A DNA stretch of 64,000 nt. Source: Lytechinus pictus. Taxonomy: Eukaryota. The notes under the pieces were generated by a model. The model ran no database searches, had not been told where the DNA came from, and saw only the letters and a program-made list of their open reading frames with translations. Made by a program: the position numbers and the translations under genes. The stretch covers positions 17,918,001 to 17,982,000 of the forward strand of contig NC_087248.1 of assembly GCF_037042905.1 (NCBI RefSeq), read 5' to 3'. Shown piece after piece: positions 26,170 to 39,477 of the stretch; within the stretch, counting starts at the first letter, position 1; the number at the start of each line of letters is the position of its first letter.

Positions 26170-26915
26170 TTATATTATTCTTTTATTCCAAAGGCAACTG
26201 AAGGACATCTTGTGCCATTATTGATCATGGTATTGAGGTACAGATGATTGTGTTAGTTTTTTTTATTGATAACCTTTTCTTTAATGAAAAAAAATGCTCA
26301 CACACCCACAGCACAGGTACAATGAGAAATTTGTGTCATTGTTAATATTTGTGGTAGTTTCAATTTCACAGTTCAGAATCAGATTGTCTGTGCACCCTTT
26401 CTCGGCAAATTTAGCTTATCAATATGTACCCTATTAACCTATTGCAAAGGTTTTATTCGCATACAAAAATATTTGCAAAAGCGATAGTAAATTGGATTAT
26501 CGAAATTTCATAGATAATATACATTTACCTCGATAAATAATTGTTTCAGGAAATGTTTAATCAACAATATGTCTGAATTGTGGCATTGCAAGAAAACATT
26601 TTATTCAAATCACTTGACAAGGATACATTCGTGTCTGATTAACCTCATGATGTATAGGCCTACTGTAATAGAATGGAGTGATCCTCAAAATCATTTGAGT
26701 TTCAGTAATTCTAAAATTTTATGTCACAGAATATGGGCATTGAAATTTATAAGATTAATTTATAATCTTATGTTTGTTATTGGTTTTAAGTTTTTGTGTT
26801 GTTATTCAACCGTATTCAACGTATTATTTACTTATTATTTGTGTCATTTTTACCCATTTTGTGTGTGCAAGCTCTGATTAATCCTTCCTCTTGAACTAAG
26901 CCGGGTTTTCCCTCA

Positions 26916-27158
26916 CACTCTAAATTACAGGGATTTAAAATAAGTCTAGATGGATTGTAGTTAGGGACCAATCGATTTCTGGATTTTGTTTTAATCCTAA
27001 AGACTTAAATTTAAATCTCAAATGATTTAAATTCAAATTAAATTTAAATCTTTCGAGATTTAAAAAAGGAATCTGAAGGATTCAATTAAATCCGGAATTC
27101 GATTGGTCCCTAACTACAGTCCATGTGGACTAATTTTAAATCCCTGTAATTTAGAGTG
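26916..27158. mobile_element. Near-perfect palindromic CACT-ended MITE
   Basis: cactctaaattacagggatttaaaat..tgtagttagggaccaatcga / tcgattggtccctaactaca..attttaaatccctgtaatttagagtg. Confidence 0.88.
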
Positions 27159-27220
27159 GCACAACACACACTAAAATCACGATTTATTTCTAATCCATTG
27201 TTGCGAGCTATTGAGTGAAG

Positions 27221-27815
27221 TTACAGGGATGCTCCGGATTGAAAATAATATGATGTAAACAGATAAAGAAGAATCGGATAAACAAAACACTAAAAATTTG
27301 ATCAAAATCGGATAAGGAATAACAAAGTTATGGCATTCTAAACATTTGCATTATTCCTGTGAAACAGTTCTAGGCATGCCATCATGAATATTCATTAAGC
27401 AAATTGATGATGTCATAATCCCCACTTGTTCTTTTGTATTTTATTATATGAAATTAGGTTAATTCAATTTATTTCTACCAAGAACTGAAAAATTTGGATT
27501 GACAACTGATTTAATGCACTAGATATTGATTGCTGCAACTTATTTCATTATGAAGGAGACACATTGTTCACACATGTATGGAAAAATGAAGCAATTATGA
27601 TTTAATGTAATAACATAAGAAAAAGGAAAGTTGAGATGTGACATCATCAGCCCACCTAATGAATATTCAGGATGACGTGCATATAACTATTTTCACAAAA
27701 TATTGCGTAACTTTAAAATTCAATAACTTCGTTATTTGTTATCCGATTTTGACGAAATTTTCAACATTTAGCTAAGTGTATTTTACTCTATTTATTTAGA
27801 TATGTATATCCCTAT
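27221..27815. mobile_element. Kolobok/T2-like MITE, same family as 35026-35753
   Basis: Long shared blocks (aaaatcggataa, catgaatattcatta, gtgacatcatcagcccacctaatgaatatt) and internal inverted repeats. Confidence 0.85.
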
Positions 27816-28239
27816 AAAAATACATAAAATTGGTACTTAGTAAACATATACATGTAATACGAAGAATTTCAATAGGATAAATGGGCACAATCATTCACTT
27901 TTTAAAAGTATATTAAGAGAAATCGATTGCAATGTTTGTGACAATTCATAATTTATCAATTTATATTCATTTTGTGTTTTTGTCTTTCAATATACACTGT
28001 CTTTCATTTGTATTTCCATCGTTATTTCGACAATCATTTTGTTCTAACCTGAAATCGACGCATTTTCTAGCACACACTCATGGCAGTACATGTATTTACC
28101 GTCGAGGAAAAGAGTTTTGCTAATATTACTATAAACTTCGTTTTCTATGATAATATTGTGTTGAGTTTAATAACTTAAGTCATGTTTGATAGCGATGTTA
28201 AACGGCGAATATGATGCCGAATATGATAACGCTACCAAT

Positions 28240-28640
28240 AGCACGATTGTGTTGATGATAAAATTAGTGATGGCGGTTGGAATGTCATTGTTCCAGTGGT
28301 AATGGGAATGGTCATGATGATGGTGATGATGAGGGAGACGCTGATGAACATTATGACGATGTTGCTAAGCGTGATGAAAGCAATGATGGAGATGGTTACG
28401 ATGATGACGATGATGAAATTGGTAGTGGTAATGATCATGCTTACGATTATGATGCCGAGATAGATTGAATGCATCGGTGATGATGATAGTGCTGATGATA
28501 GTGCTGATGATAATGATAATGGTGAAGTAGTTGATAATTATTTCATCATTGTTGGTGATCACGGTGTTGTTGATACCTTTGATGACGATGATGACGACGA
28601 CGATATTATTGATGGCGATGATGGTGAAATTAAGGTGATA
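28240..28640 (+). repeat. Degenerate (GAT)n microsatellite followed by an assembly gap (N 28702-28860)
   Basis: Visible trinucleotide repeats. Confidence 0.9.
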
Positions 28641-30648
28641 AAGTTGGTGAAAAAGAGAAAGAAAACAAAGAACAAGAGACGAAGATGATTTACTATAGGT
28701 GNNNNNNNNNNNNNNNNNNNNNNNNNNNNNNNNNNNNNNNNNNNNNNNNNNNNNNNNNNNNNNNNNNNNNNNNNNNNNNNNNNNNNNNNNNNNNNNNNNN
28801 NNNNNNNNNNNNNNNNNNNNNNNNNNNNNNNNNNNNNNNNNNNNNNNNNNNNNNNNNNNNCTTTCTCGGAAATAAGCAAAGAAACAAACGGGGGGAGGGT
28901 ACTTTGCGCCCACTTTATTGCAATATAGAACGATTGTCCCATTAATATTAGTTACCTTATATCACGCTTATTTGGTCAACTCTTACTTCGAAATACGATA
29001 TTAATCTGAAATCACAATTCAAAGTCGGTATATTAAGGCTTAAATGAACAGTTGTTAGCATAAATACAAATGTAAGTGCATTTGGAACGGGTATATTATG
29101 CAGACAATTTTATCCTGAATAAACAGAATCATTATCGTCCACTCTTTACAAAAGATCAGTCAATAATACACATTCCTAATAGAATAATTGAAACGTTTAA
29201 TATACCAAGGTCTGGTTTGTTATCAGAGAACAAATCATATTTACATATCGTTTAGCTGTGGTATTCATGGTGATATTCATCTCGGTATTTCCTCCCCCAT
29301 TTTTCTATATGTCTTGGTTTCTCTCTTTCCTCCCCTCTCTCTCCTCCCTGGCACATTCACACAACCAGGCACCCTCACACACACACACACACCCTCAACC
29401 ACCCACACCCATCCGTCACACCCTCAAACACAGTGGCGTAATGAGTCCAAATTTTTAGGGGGCTAGATTTGGCTGATGGAACATAGTTATAACAAGTTGC
29501 AAACAAACGAAGCGAGAGAGCAAAAAGAGGGGGAGATGGCGTGGGGACACAAAGAGCCGAAGAGAGGGAGAGAGTGAGAGGGGGAGGGGTGGAGGGAGTT
29601 ATTTTTTAAGTTTTGTGTTCAAGTTTCATATACTTACACCTATCATTTAATAATACAGATAATAATACTAAAACGCATATATATGATATCATCGACACAA
29701 AATGATTATGCCATTAGAGTGAGATGACAAGCTAAATATCAAATAAAAACTGGACGATAGTATATTTTACATCCCAAATAGATGATAATGATGACATTTA
29801 AATCAAAATTCGTTCTATTAGGAGTAAGAATCAACAAAATAATACAACATATATATAAAAAGAAAACGGAGGTGGTAATATATACCTATTAAATTCAGAG
29901 CTATTAATTCTACAGTGCTATAATAATCTACTTGCAAGAGAGTCCCTGAAAGTTTCAATAAAATAAAAGAGAGGAGTGTTCTATTGGGTGTGTCGATTTA
30001 TTCATTCCGGTCGTTACGACACAAAAGTCAGAACAGATAATCTACAGAGTAATTGACATGGTTGACTACCCCAAACCATTTTTTCCCCGCAGCTCAAACC
30101 TACACACACACGGTCTTTACTGATCGAGTGCATTCGCTCGTTTGCTTTCTTTATTCAAATTCAATTGTCCCATTGTAGAATCTCGTCTATTGTACAAAAG
30201 GGTGAGTCAATTGTATTGTTGAGAGAACGGTTGTGAGTGTATAATTGTGGGAGTGCGATCTACGTAAGACAGCCGGTGAATTTATGGGGAAATTGAGGGA
30301 AAATCTCGCGATGCGCGAGAAATGAGCTGGTGGTCTACTGTACACAAACATACACCGTGCATACAGGAGCGCCGAATGAAACCGGTGGATTGGCGTTGGA
30401 TTCGTGCTACCGCCACTTGTTGAGGACATTATGTGCGTTGTTTCTTCCAAGATACCAACAAAAAGGTGCAAATTTTACGTTTGGGATATCACTTTTCGAC
30501 TTACAATGGGAGGACTAAATGCAGAGATGTTCTAATGCGCATCTTAATATCTAGAAACGACTCATTCTTCGAGGAAAACGTCACATGTTGACATAATTTC
30601 CCCTATCACTTTCGTGTGTGGTGATTCTGACAGCTGCCTACATCAATC

Positions 30649-31557
30649 ATGGCGTCAACCAGTAATCATTTTTTGACGCTTTTATTTTCTGCTATGTGCT
30701 TTATAAGTTGTTCCTCAGGACAGTATTTCTCTGTGCAGCCACAAGATACAGAAGTCGTTGTCGGGAGCAAAGTTACGATGACATGTCGAGTGTTTAACCG
30801 TCCGGAAGGCTCGCTTGTGTATTGGATAACGCCGGCTGCTACCAACGACTTCATAGGACCCGATTATGATGTACCTTCCCGCTATATAAATAAATACGAG
30901 ATCATTGGTGATCCAAGAATCAACGACTATAATCTTGTGATCAATGATGTAACGGCTGAAGATGATGGAGACTATATATGTCTTTTGTTTCAGCCTGGAA
31001 GGGGAGATCTGAACGTCGCGCCGACGCAGATTGCCCAGACAAGAGAGGCTTCGTTGACGGTGGCGACGTTGAGCCCGACCGGCGCACCGGCTTGCTGGGC
31101 TTCCCCAAGGCGCACTGTCCATGTCGGGTCAGACATCACGATCTATTGCGCCTCTATCTTTACCAACAACTCCCTGACGTGGAATCAAGATTCGAGTTCG
31201 TTGACGTCGTCGTCTAACTCGACAGCGACGATCCCGACGTTAATCATGACGACGTTTACGGCTGAAGCTTCGATGAACGAGGCACGGTTCACCTGCGCGT
31301 CGGAGTCGGACCGCAACAGACAGTGTCAGATCGTCCTCGATGTTACCTTCCCTCCCGAAGTCACAATCGAACCTGTTGGCGAGATCAGGGCTGGTCATGA
31401 AGGGCGGTTTCGGTGCTCGGCTACGGGAAACCCTAATGTATTCGTCTATTTTTGGAAGTACAATGAGGAGGTCATCGAGTACAGATACCATCGTCGATTC
31501 AATAGGGCTATCCTTGAAGAGAGCAATACGATCTTGGCCCTCCCTGATATGGATGAG
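30649..31557 (+). CDS. IgSF receptor 3, coding exon 1 (signal peptide, Ig1, Ig2, first part of Ig3)
   Basis: ATG in atcATGG context. QYFSVQP..VTMTC..YW..YNLVINDVTAEDDGDYIC; ITIYC..LTW..FTC; FRCSATGNP..YFW. Phase-0 donor GATGAG|gtaata. Confidence 0.9.
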
Positions 31558-31999
31558 GTAATAATGACGAATTTAGACCGAATTATGTTATTCATAATTA
31601 TATCACGTGAATGTGATAATCCTCGCCTAGAGTCAGAGTGGTAACATGCAATGACTATGAGATGCATTAATTTGATGTTTTTTTAAAGCTCCCCTCCCCT
31701 AATTCATGTCAAGACTGCAATCATTAATTTTGATATTCATTTACAATTTTCATGTAGATCTACACAAGTCATGTAGGTCTACTCTCACAGACTACCGTGG
31801 GTGATTGTGGTATTGTTAAATATGAATACGAATGCCATAATGACGGGGGTTATTTCTATCTTTCTGTCCTATTCATTTTCGTCTGATGATATTGCTTACT
31901 GCTCATTGATCACATACAAATTTATCCCGCCATCATCACTCTAATTTTGACGATTTCAACTTGGCACATGTAGATCCCAGCCCAGAGTATCTTCCATGT

Positions 32000-32060
32000 G
32001 AAGAACTGGAACGGTCTACCAGCTGATGAAGTGGATGCTGCAACCCTTGACACATTTATT
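32000..32060 (+). mobile_element. Small CR1/L2 LINE ORF2 C-terminal remnant
   Basis: Translates WNGLPADEVDAATLDTF, like the WNxLP..V.A.SL..FK end motif of CR1/L2 ORF2. Confidence 0.55.
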
Positions 32061-32654
32061 CGTGATGAGGGTCAGCATATTAACGTCATAAGCAGCTCTG
32101 TCATAAGCGTATTGTCTTTATAAAAAAAAAGAACAACATCGATGCCTAGCTTTAAGGCAGCGCAGGAACATGAGAAATGCTCAAGTTAGGTTAACAGTTG
32201 TGTCATAGTTATCAGTTTTGGAACGTAGGACAACAATAAGAAATTCAAGACAAGTTAATCTTCCTCGCATTTATGTTGTTTGCCATAATTTATACGAAAG
32301 AGAAGAAAAGGCCATTGTAAGTTATATTTCATATTCTATACTCTCTTTTCTGGTGACTTGTAATAAAATAATACAATGATCACAAATTGTTATTTTCGAC
32401 GTCTGCATATTGATATTGTTTTATTTAATGTGGCAATTCTTCCATTACTGATATATATCTTTAAAATTTATCCCGTTACGTCGAGACCTAGCGTTACAAT
32501 AATTTCTAAGCTTTAGAATACATATTTGAATAACCTACTACTTTACTATTATCTTCGGACATGTTAGCCTTGGCGAGAAAATATTAGTTTCGTCTCCGAA
32601 AATGGAATGTTGACATAACGCTTCCATTGTCCGTTCTGCATGGGCATGGTGAAA

Positions 32655-32721
32655 CTTCTTCTTCTCCTTCTCCCCCTCCTTCTCCCTCTCCCCCTCCTCC
32701 TTCTTCTTCGTCACCTTCTGT

Positions 32722-32757
<36 letters not shown>

Positions 32758-32797
32758 CTCTTCTTCTTCATTATCATCATCATCATCTTCTTCTTCA
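32655..32797 (+). repeat. (CTT/CCT/CAT)n microsatellite in intron 1 of receptor 3
   Basis: Visible repeat. Confidence 0.95.
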
Positions 32798-34076
32798 ACA
32801 AAAAACCATAAAAGCCAAACGAAGTAAATATTTAATTGTACACAATTTTCCAAGTACATAATGATACAAAAAACCAAAGGAACTTGACAATATTTTCGTC
32901 AAAACACCCCCATAAATTGTATTTTCTCTGCAATAAAAGGGAAATGCAATTGAATACCTGTTTTGTGTTTGAAATTTAATGTATAACACGCAAACTATTG
33001 ATATCATTTTTCTAACAAATTTGGTTGAATACCCCCCATTCTTATTCTCCATTTTCAGTTCAAACTCTTTCTTCCTGTATCAATTCATGCTTGGTTTGAG
33101 CTGCCCGACTTCCTTTTATCAATATCAATCATTATCCATGTTATCGAAATGATTAGCAAATTTTATGGCCCAATTTTCCATATGCTAGATGAGTTTTCGT
33201 GTTCCTTGAAGGAATCGAACTAAGTTTTACACAACTGGAATAAAAATGTTCCTAGAAATAAAACTCAAAAGAAAGGCTGATTGCTTGACATCGTCAGTTC
33301 CATGATATGAATCGTCACCACGTGACAATTTCGTTAAAATGAATGAATGAAAAAAAAAATGCCATAACTGGTAATTTAATTTCGGAAGCAATTCCCAAAG
33401 ATTAGGCCCTATACTGCACAAATATCCAAGTAAACTTTTAGCTATGAAATCACGAAAAGTTTGTCCTCATACCATGTCATGCAGTTGATGCTAATATTTT
33501 TGTCTGATTCTGAAGTTAGTTTTCTTAGTAAATGTTTAAAGAGTACGTGATTGAATGACAAAAGAAAGTCGCTGTGAAAACGAGGGTGCCGCACGAGCTG
33601 AATAAATACCACCCTATTCTTTTGAAATATTTGGCCATGTGTATGGCCTTGTATGCAAGCGAGAATACGAAATTAGCTAAATAGGGCTAATATCAAAGTG
33701 AAATTAAACGTATGCTTTGTATATAATCTCAAATGATAAATCATAGTTTGTGCGCGACACACATGTGGTAGGTATAGGATTTCATATTGTTTTGAATTAA
33801 AAGTATTTGATGTAAATTACCACTGACCTCGCAAGTACCACTAGAATTGGCAAAATGGTGGTGAACTCCATGTGATTTCATTTAGATTAATTGTTTCTAA
33901 TCAAATATAAATACATAATCAAATCAAGCGAAAATCCCGTTCTTAAACAAGAGCTAACTTCATTTTATCCGACAAACATGATAATAATTATGGGGTGCAA
34001 TATCATATCTGTATATTCCCCGATGTATTATGACTTCAAGAATGGAAGTTAATGAACCATGCTTATTAAAGTTACA

Positions 34077-34304
34077 CACACTTAAAATGTTGGACAACAT
34101 ACTGTCCACTGTGTTGGGTAATGTATGTTGGTAAAAAATATTTATATTCGGGGTAATTATTACCCAATTGAGCAAATTTATAACCCAATTATTACCTTTT
34201 TATAACCCAATTTGGACAGATTTTAACCAATAGTTGTGTGGACAGTATGTTGCCCATGCAGTGATGGTTAAAAATTAGGGTTTTGCCCAACCTTTTTAAG
34301 AGTG
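34077..34304. mobile_element. CACT-type palindromic MITE
   Basis: caacatactgtccac ... gtggacagtatgttg ... ttttaagagtg. Confidence 0.75.
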
Positions 34305-34318
34305 CAGAGTATTAACTT

Positions 34319-34780
34319 CTGGGGCCCGTTTTATAATGTAAAGCGTTACAACTACTGTAATTTTGCCATTAGGGCAACTACTATGATAATGTTGCTCAAC
34401 CGCCAATAAAAATAAATGTTTGTATGGTAGTTTCTAGAATTAAAAAGTTACAATTGATATAGCTCTTTGTGAAACGGACCCCTGATTTTCCCTAAGAAAG
34501 ACCGAGATTCTGCGATTTAGCAAGCAAACAATGCACTCATTAAAAAGAATATTAAAGATCTCGTAGAAAAAAAAATCCTCTAAAACTTCTGGAAAGTTTT
34601 GAAAATCCAGAGAGATTGAGGTCAGTAATCTGGGTCCGATTTCATAAAGACTTGTTTTAATAACAAATGTACACTTTCTAAAACATATTTACCATCAGCC
34701 AATCAGATAGAAGGGTCTCAGTAGCTTTTAACTGTTATTGCAAATTTGTATTTGTAACAAGTTTTATGAAACGGACCCCC
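34319..34780. mobile_element. Two adjacent short MITEs with GG(G)(C/T)CCGTTTCATAAA-like TIRs (34319-34484, 34630-34780)
   Basis: ctggggcccgttttataa..tttgtgaaacggacccctg and ctgggtccgatttcataaa..ttttatgaaacggacccc; relative at 49934-50075. Confidence 0.7.
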
Positions 34781-35025
34781 TAGTGTGTATTTTCACAAGC
34801 AATTCCCCGAATTGAATGTCGATTTACATGTAAAAATATCCCAAATATCACGGTTTGCCCGACATACTGTCTCACATAGTAGCGCACCCATTCCCCAACC
34901 TAGGGGTGGAAAATGGGCCATCGCCCCTGTTATATTTCAAGTAGTGAGAAAAAAAAAGAAGAAAGACGTAAGATGAGTATAAAAAAAGATAGAAACGTGA
35001 AAGAAATGTGTCTCGTAACTCTGTA

Positions 35026-35753
35026 TTAAAGGGATGGTCCAGGCTGAAATTATTTACGACTTAATAAATAGAAAATAATTCACTGAGCAAAATGCCGAAA
35101 ATTTCATCGAAATCGGATAACAAATAACAAAGTTATTGAATTTTAAAGTTTAGCAATATTTTTGTGAAAACAGTCGTCATGAATATTCATTAGGTGGGCT
35201 GATGATGTCACATCCCCACTTGTTCTTTTGTTGTTTGTTGTTGTTGTTCATAGTTATCTTGACATGTATTTTAAACTGCAGGGCGCCTTTGTAAAGCAAT
35301 TTTAAGAACTGAACAGGCCTACCCTGCAGTATAAAATAAATAAAACAAAATAAATAAATAAATAAATAAATTTATTATATGAAATTAGGTTTATTCAATT
35401 GTTTTCCTCCAAGAACTAGAAAAATTGGATTGACAACTGATTCAGTGCATTAAATATTTATTGATGCAACTTATTTCATTATAAGGGAGACATATTATTC
35501 ACACAAGTATGGAATAATGAAAAAATTATGATTTTATGTAATAACATAAGAAAACAGAAAGTGGAGATGTGACATCATCAGCCCACCTAATGAATATTTA
35601 TGACGACTGTTTTCGCAAACTATTGCTAAACTTTAAACTTCAATAAATGTATTATTTGTTATCCGATTTTGATGAAACTTTCGGCATTTTGCTCAGTGAA
35701 TTCTATGCTATGTATTAAGATATAACTATTTTCAGCCCGGACCATCCCTTTAA
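35026..35753. mobile_element. TTAA-flanked Kolobok/T2-like MITE carrying an internal LINE-tail insertion
   Basis: TTAA|agggatggtccaggctgaaa ... tttcagcccggaccatccct|TTAA. Confidence 0.92.
35231..35370 (+). mobile_element. Short 3' end of a CR1/L2-type LINE or SINE with (AAAT)n tail, inserted into the MITE
   Basis: Absent from the sibling copy at about 27435 (cttttgtattttattatatg). Has stem ctgcaggg..ccctgcag and an (AAAT)n tail. Confidence 0.7.
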
Positions 35754-36342
35754 CTCGTTTTATTCCATTGAAAAAATTGGAAAAAAGTGATGTCAAATTT
35801 AGATCATGCCCCTCCTCACAAAAATAGCATGTAACTGCGCAGGTTTTTAGATGAACTTTTTTCTTTCGACAGGATTTAGCTTAAGTTTGAATGTCTTATT
35901 AATGTGTTCCGCGTTAATGTCGAGTTTAACAAAATATGGAGATGTTTCTGAAACAGGTATGCCTAAGTTTGGCGAATCTTCGACACATAAACAGGAAATG
36001 CTGGATTACGTCACCCTCCTAAACTCGCGGATTATTCTTGATTGCTATATAGAATGATTTTTTTTATCCGTGAAAACAGCTCCTTAAATCATCGGTTGAT
36101 TCCCGTATAATCAGGAGGAATGATGGATTTTAGTGGTCACGGAGATCATTTGCTGTTACCACAATGACCACGCAGAAAAGAGCGGTGATGATCGACGGAC
36201 ACGACCACCCCCTTCTCCATTTGTAAATTAATTTGTAAAAAATATTGCAATCAAGTCGGATTGCTTACATCTTTATATCTATCATGTCTATATCAGTATT
36301 ATGCATATAGCTAATAACATATTTTCGTTGAATGACGTGCAG

Positions 36343-36687
36343 GACGATGACGCCGCTCTCCTCGAATGCACGGCGGTCAACGAACACGGCCAGGGTGTCA
36401 GCACTTTCCCCATCCGCGTGGCCAGCAACAACACCACCTCCGTCATCGCCTGGAGCCTCTGCGCCATCATCGTCGCAATCATTCTCGTGCTCCTCATCAG
36501 TTTCTGCTTCTGGAGATCGAGGCAGCACAGGAAACTGGAGAAGCTCTCCGAGATTCGTCGAAGCACTCGACCACGCTCTGGTCCCATCGAGACGGAGATG
36601 AATGGCAATGTCAACCCTGCTTTTACTGGATTCTCTCATCTTGAAATAGACTCCGTCGGTTACGGACCGGACGTCCAACCATACCAG
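36343..36687 (+). CDS. IgSF receptor 3, coding exon 2 (end of Ig3, TM, proximal tail)
   Basis: Acceptor gtgcag|GAC. DDDAALLECTAVNEHGQG completes the Ig3 F strand; TM VIAWSLCAIIVAIILVLLISFCFW. Phase-0 donor TACCAG|gtaatt. Confidence 0.88.
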
Positions 36688-36754
36688 GTAATTACGCGTT
36701 GTTTTCAAACCATCTATAAAATCCAGTGGCATAATAATGAATCACACCAGAGGA

Positions 36755-36786
<32 letters not shown>

Positions 36787-37264
36787 GAACAAAGCGTAAG
36801 AAATAATTTTTCGAAAAAGTCGCAAGTGAGCGAGCAAAAACATAATCCCTTATAAAATGGACTTTACTGTTGTGACATGTTTTAACAAAATGTCGAGAAA
36901 ATAACTTAATATTTTACTTGTTTCCCCTAATTTGATTCCTCTCTTTTTCCTATCTCTTTTCCTTTTCCTTTTCGGTCGTGGAACCTTTTTTCGGGGGGGG
37001 GGGGGGGGGCAACTCCCAATGCCCTATCTGTATCCCAGTGATAAAATCAAATGTTAATTTGTGTCGATGGTGCCTTTTAACAGTTAGAAAAGGGACTTGA
37101 ATCCCGCACTCGATTCTCGAGCTAAAAAAAATCAAATATTTGAAATTTAGATAATTATCAATTCAGGGGGATAATGTAGGCCTACTCAACATATGCCATT
37201 TTTTATAAGATCGATCAAATGCGAAGGGGTCCGTTTTGTCATCTCTATCGTTTTCTTTCCCCAG

Positions 37265-37384
37265 TCGAGGCCCAGTGAGCGGGATTACGACACGGGCGAA
37301 CCCAAGCCTATCCCGGCAAGGCAGGGAAGTAAAAGTGTTGATACCGACAGCGATTACATCGCCATGGACGTCGACGAGGAAGTG
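37265..37384 (+). CDS. IgSF receptor 3, coding exon 3 (cytoplasmic, contains DYIAM)
   Basis: Acceptor ttttctttccccag|TCG and donor GTG|gtaagg; 120 nt, phase 0/0. Confidence 0.85.
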
Positions 37385-37549
37385 GTAAGGATCGTGGGTC
37401 GTTTTACGACTTCGACTCGATTATGACGACGACGTCGAGTCTCCAATCAGAGTTTAAGGTTATGTCAGAAATTGCCCAATAAGAGGCTACTACATGCAGA
37501 TCTTTACTTTTTTCAAGTGTGGTCCTGTTCATGAAGTGATAAATAGGCT

Positions 37550-37699
37550 CAGTGGCGCATCCCGGTAGGGGCATAACCGGCCCGTGCCCCCCTCCCTTTT
37601 AAGAGGCACACAAAAGATATTTGTCATGCACATGCAAGTGAAGAATTTCTACTGTACAGTATGCCCTCCCCCCTTTGGAAAATCCTTGATCTGCCCCTG
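37550..37699. mobile_element. hAT-like MITE (CAG..CTG ends, near 8-bp TSD)
   Basis: cagtggcgcatc ... gatctgcccctg; flanks aataggct / aatatgct. Confidence 0.7.
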
Positions 37700-39477
37700 A
37701 ATATGCTAAATCTGGGGATGATTTCATGTGAAGAGATTTGTTACTGAGCGATCTTGACAATTGTTATGAGCTACGTACTGCAAACTTCTTTGCACTCGGA
37801 CTGACTGAGAGCAAATTGGTCAGTGAAAGTCACAGGCAAACCTTTGCATGAAAAGCTCCCTCGGACACGCGGGTTTCATAAGCTCTTGATCTCAGATGCA
37901 ATAAGTTAAGTTATCTGATTGTAAACCTTTATTAACAATATACTAGGTCTACATGGTTAGTCATAGGCTTATGGAAGATATCAACCATAAGGTAGATCCT
38001 TCCGCGTTACAATTAATGTAAAGATAGGAAATGCGAGGGGGCAATAAATTCCTTTTGTAGCAATTGTAAATTTGACGCACGTATCTGATTCACGATCGTT
38101 TAGGCCCATCTCCACATAGCATTAGCTTGGACCTGTTTTACAAAGAGTTATCACTTTGGTAACATTATCATAACGATAATTACCATGGAAACAGGGCTCA
38201 ACAGCCAATCCAAAGTCGCCACCGGGTAGTTATGATTGCAAGAACGGCCATTTTTGTGTTAACATGATTAAGATCTTCTTCAATTATAAAAACACCATAT
38301 TTGTCAGTGACAGAACAAAAAAAAATCAAAACGTTTGTAAGATGATATAGGCATTCTATAAGCAAAGCAATTGTGTATGCCCCCCAAACCCCCCCCCAAA
38401 AAGTCCCGATGATACCTATTTACCGCGGTTCACATCATACAAGCCAGTGACAGTATTGAAATTAGCAGTAAAATGTACGTAGTACGTATACATTTTGATG
38501 AAATTATTTGTTTATGAATATGACACATCATTAGGCGTGTCCCTGTATTTTGAAAAATAAGGTAAGGTCGACAAATATCCGTGACTGTATATAGTTTGGC
38601 CTCCACAAATTTTTTTTTTACTTTACGCGTTGGAAGTCATGTTTGACAATATGAATATTATTTTGAAATGCAAACATATCCTCATTTTTCGTTTCCCGAT
38701 GGTGTGGGGGGGGGGGGGGGGGGGTCGGTCGGCATGCCCCCTGTGTCCATGAATTCCCCTCTTTGATACAAGGACTGGATTAAAGAAGTTGGCCCCTTTT
38801 GTTCCCCTATCAATTTAACCATGTTTTTTTTTTTGGGGGGTAGGGTAGGCTTGGTATTATCTCTGAGATTTGCATGAATGTTCCATCTATATATACGCAC
38901 GATATTTTCAGTCAATCTCAGAAGAGTGACACAATCTGGACTATTTCGTATATTGTGCATGAAAGGACACCATTGTCTTTCAAGTTACATTCATGTTTAG
39001 AATTATTATTGTTGCATGCATCAAGAATGCTTAGTACACTGTTGTGTGTTTGTGTCTTGATTTATATTTGTCGTGATGATTTTGTATGGTATGTGTCATT
39101 TACTTTCGTTGTTGTTTTTACGCATTTTGCTTGCATGATTAATTTTGTTTTTACCACAACCATATTTTCTTTTCTTTCTTTTTTTCCCTCGGTCCCTTCC
39201 ACTCGACAATTCTATTTCATATGTTATTACACCATCTATCAATGCCTCAATGTCCCCCAAACTTTCCTTTTGTGAATCTCGATTCATTTCTCCACATTAA
39301 AAAAAAAACTTTTTGCCCGATTTTCATCTTCCCTCTTGTGCCTTTCTCTGCACTCTTTTGTTCGATTCCTTCCTCTATATCTCTCTTTCCTTCTTTCCCT
39401 CCATCTTTCCTTTTTCTTTCCACCTTCACTTATTGCCGCCCTCGATCTCCACTTCCTTCTTCCTTGCCTGCACGCAG

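Noticed and set aside
31558-31644. Secreted isoform of receptor 3 by read-through into intron 1
   Set aside because: A good donor at 31557 splices in phase to the exon completing Ig3. Read-through gives an incomplete domain and there is no transcript evidence.
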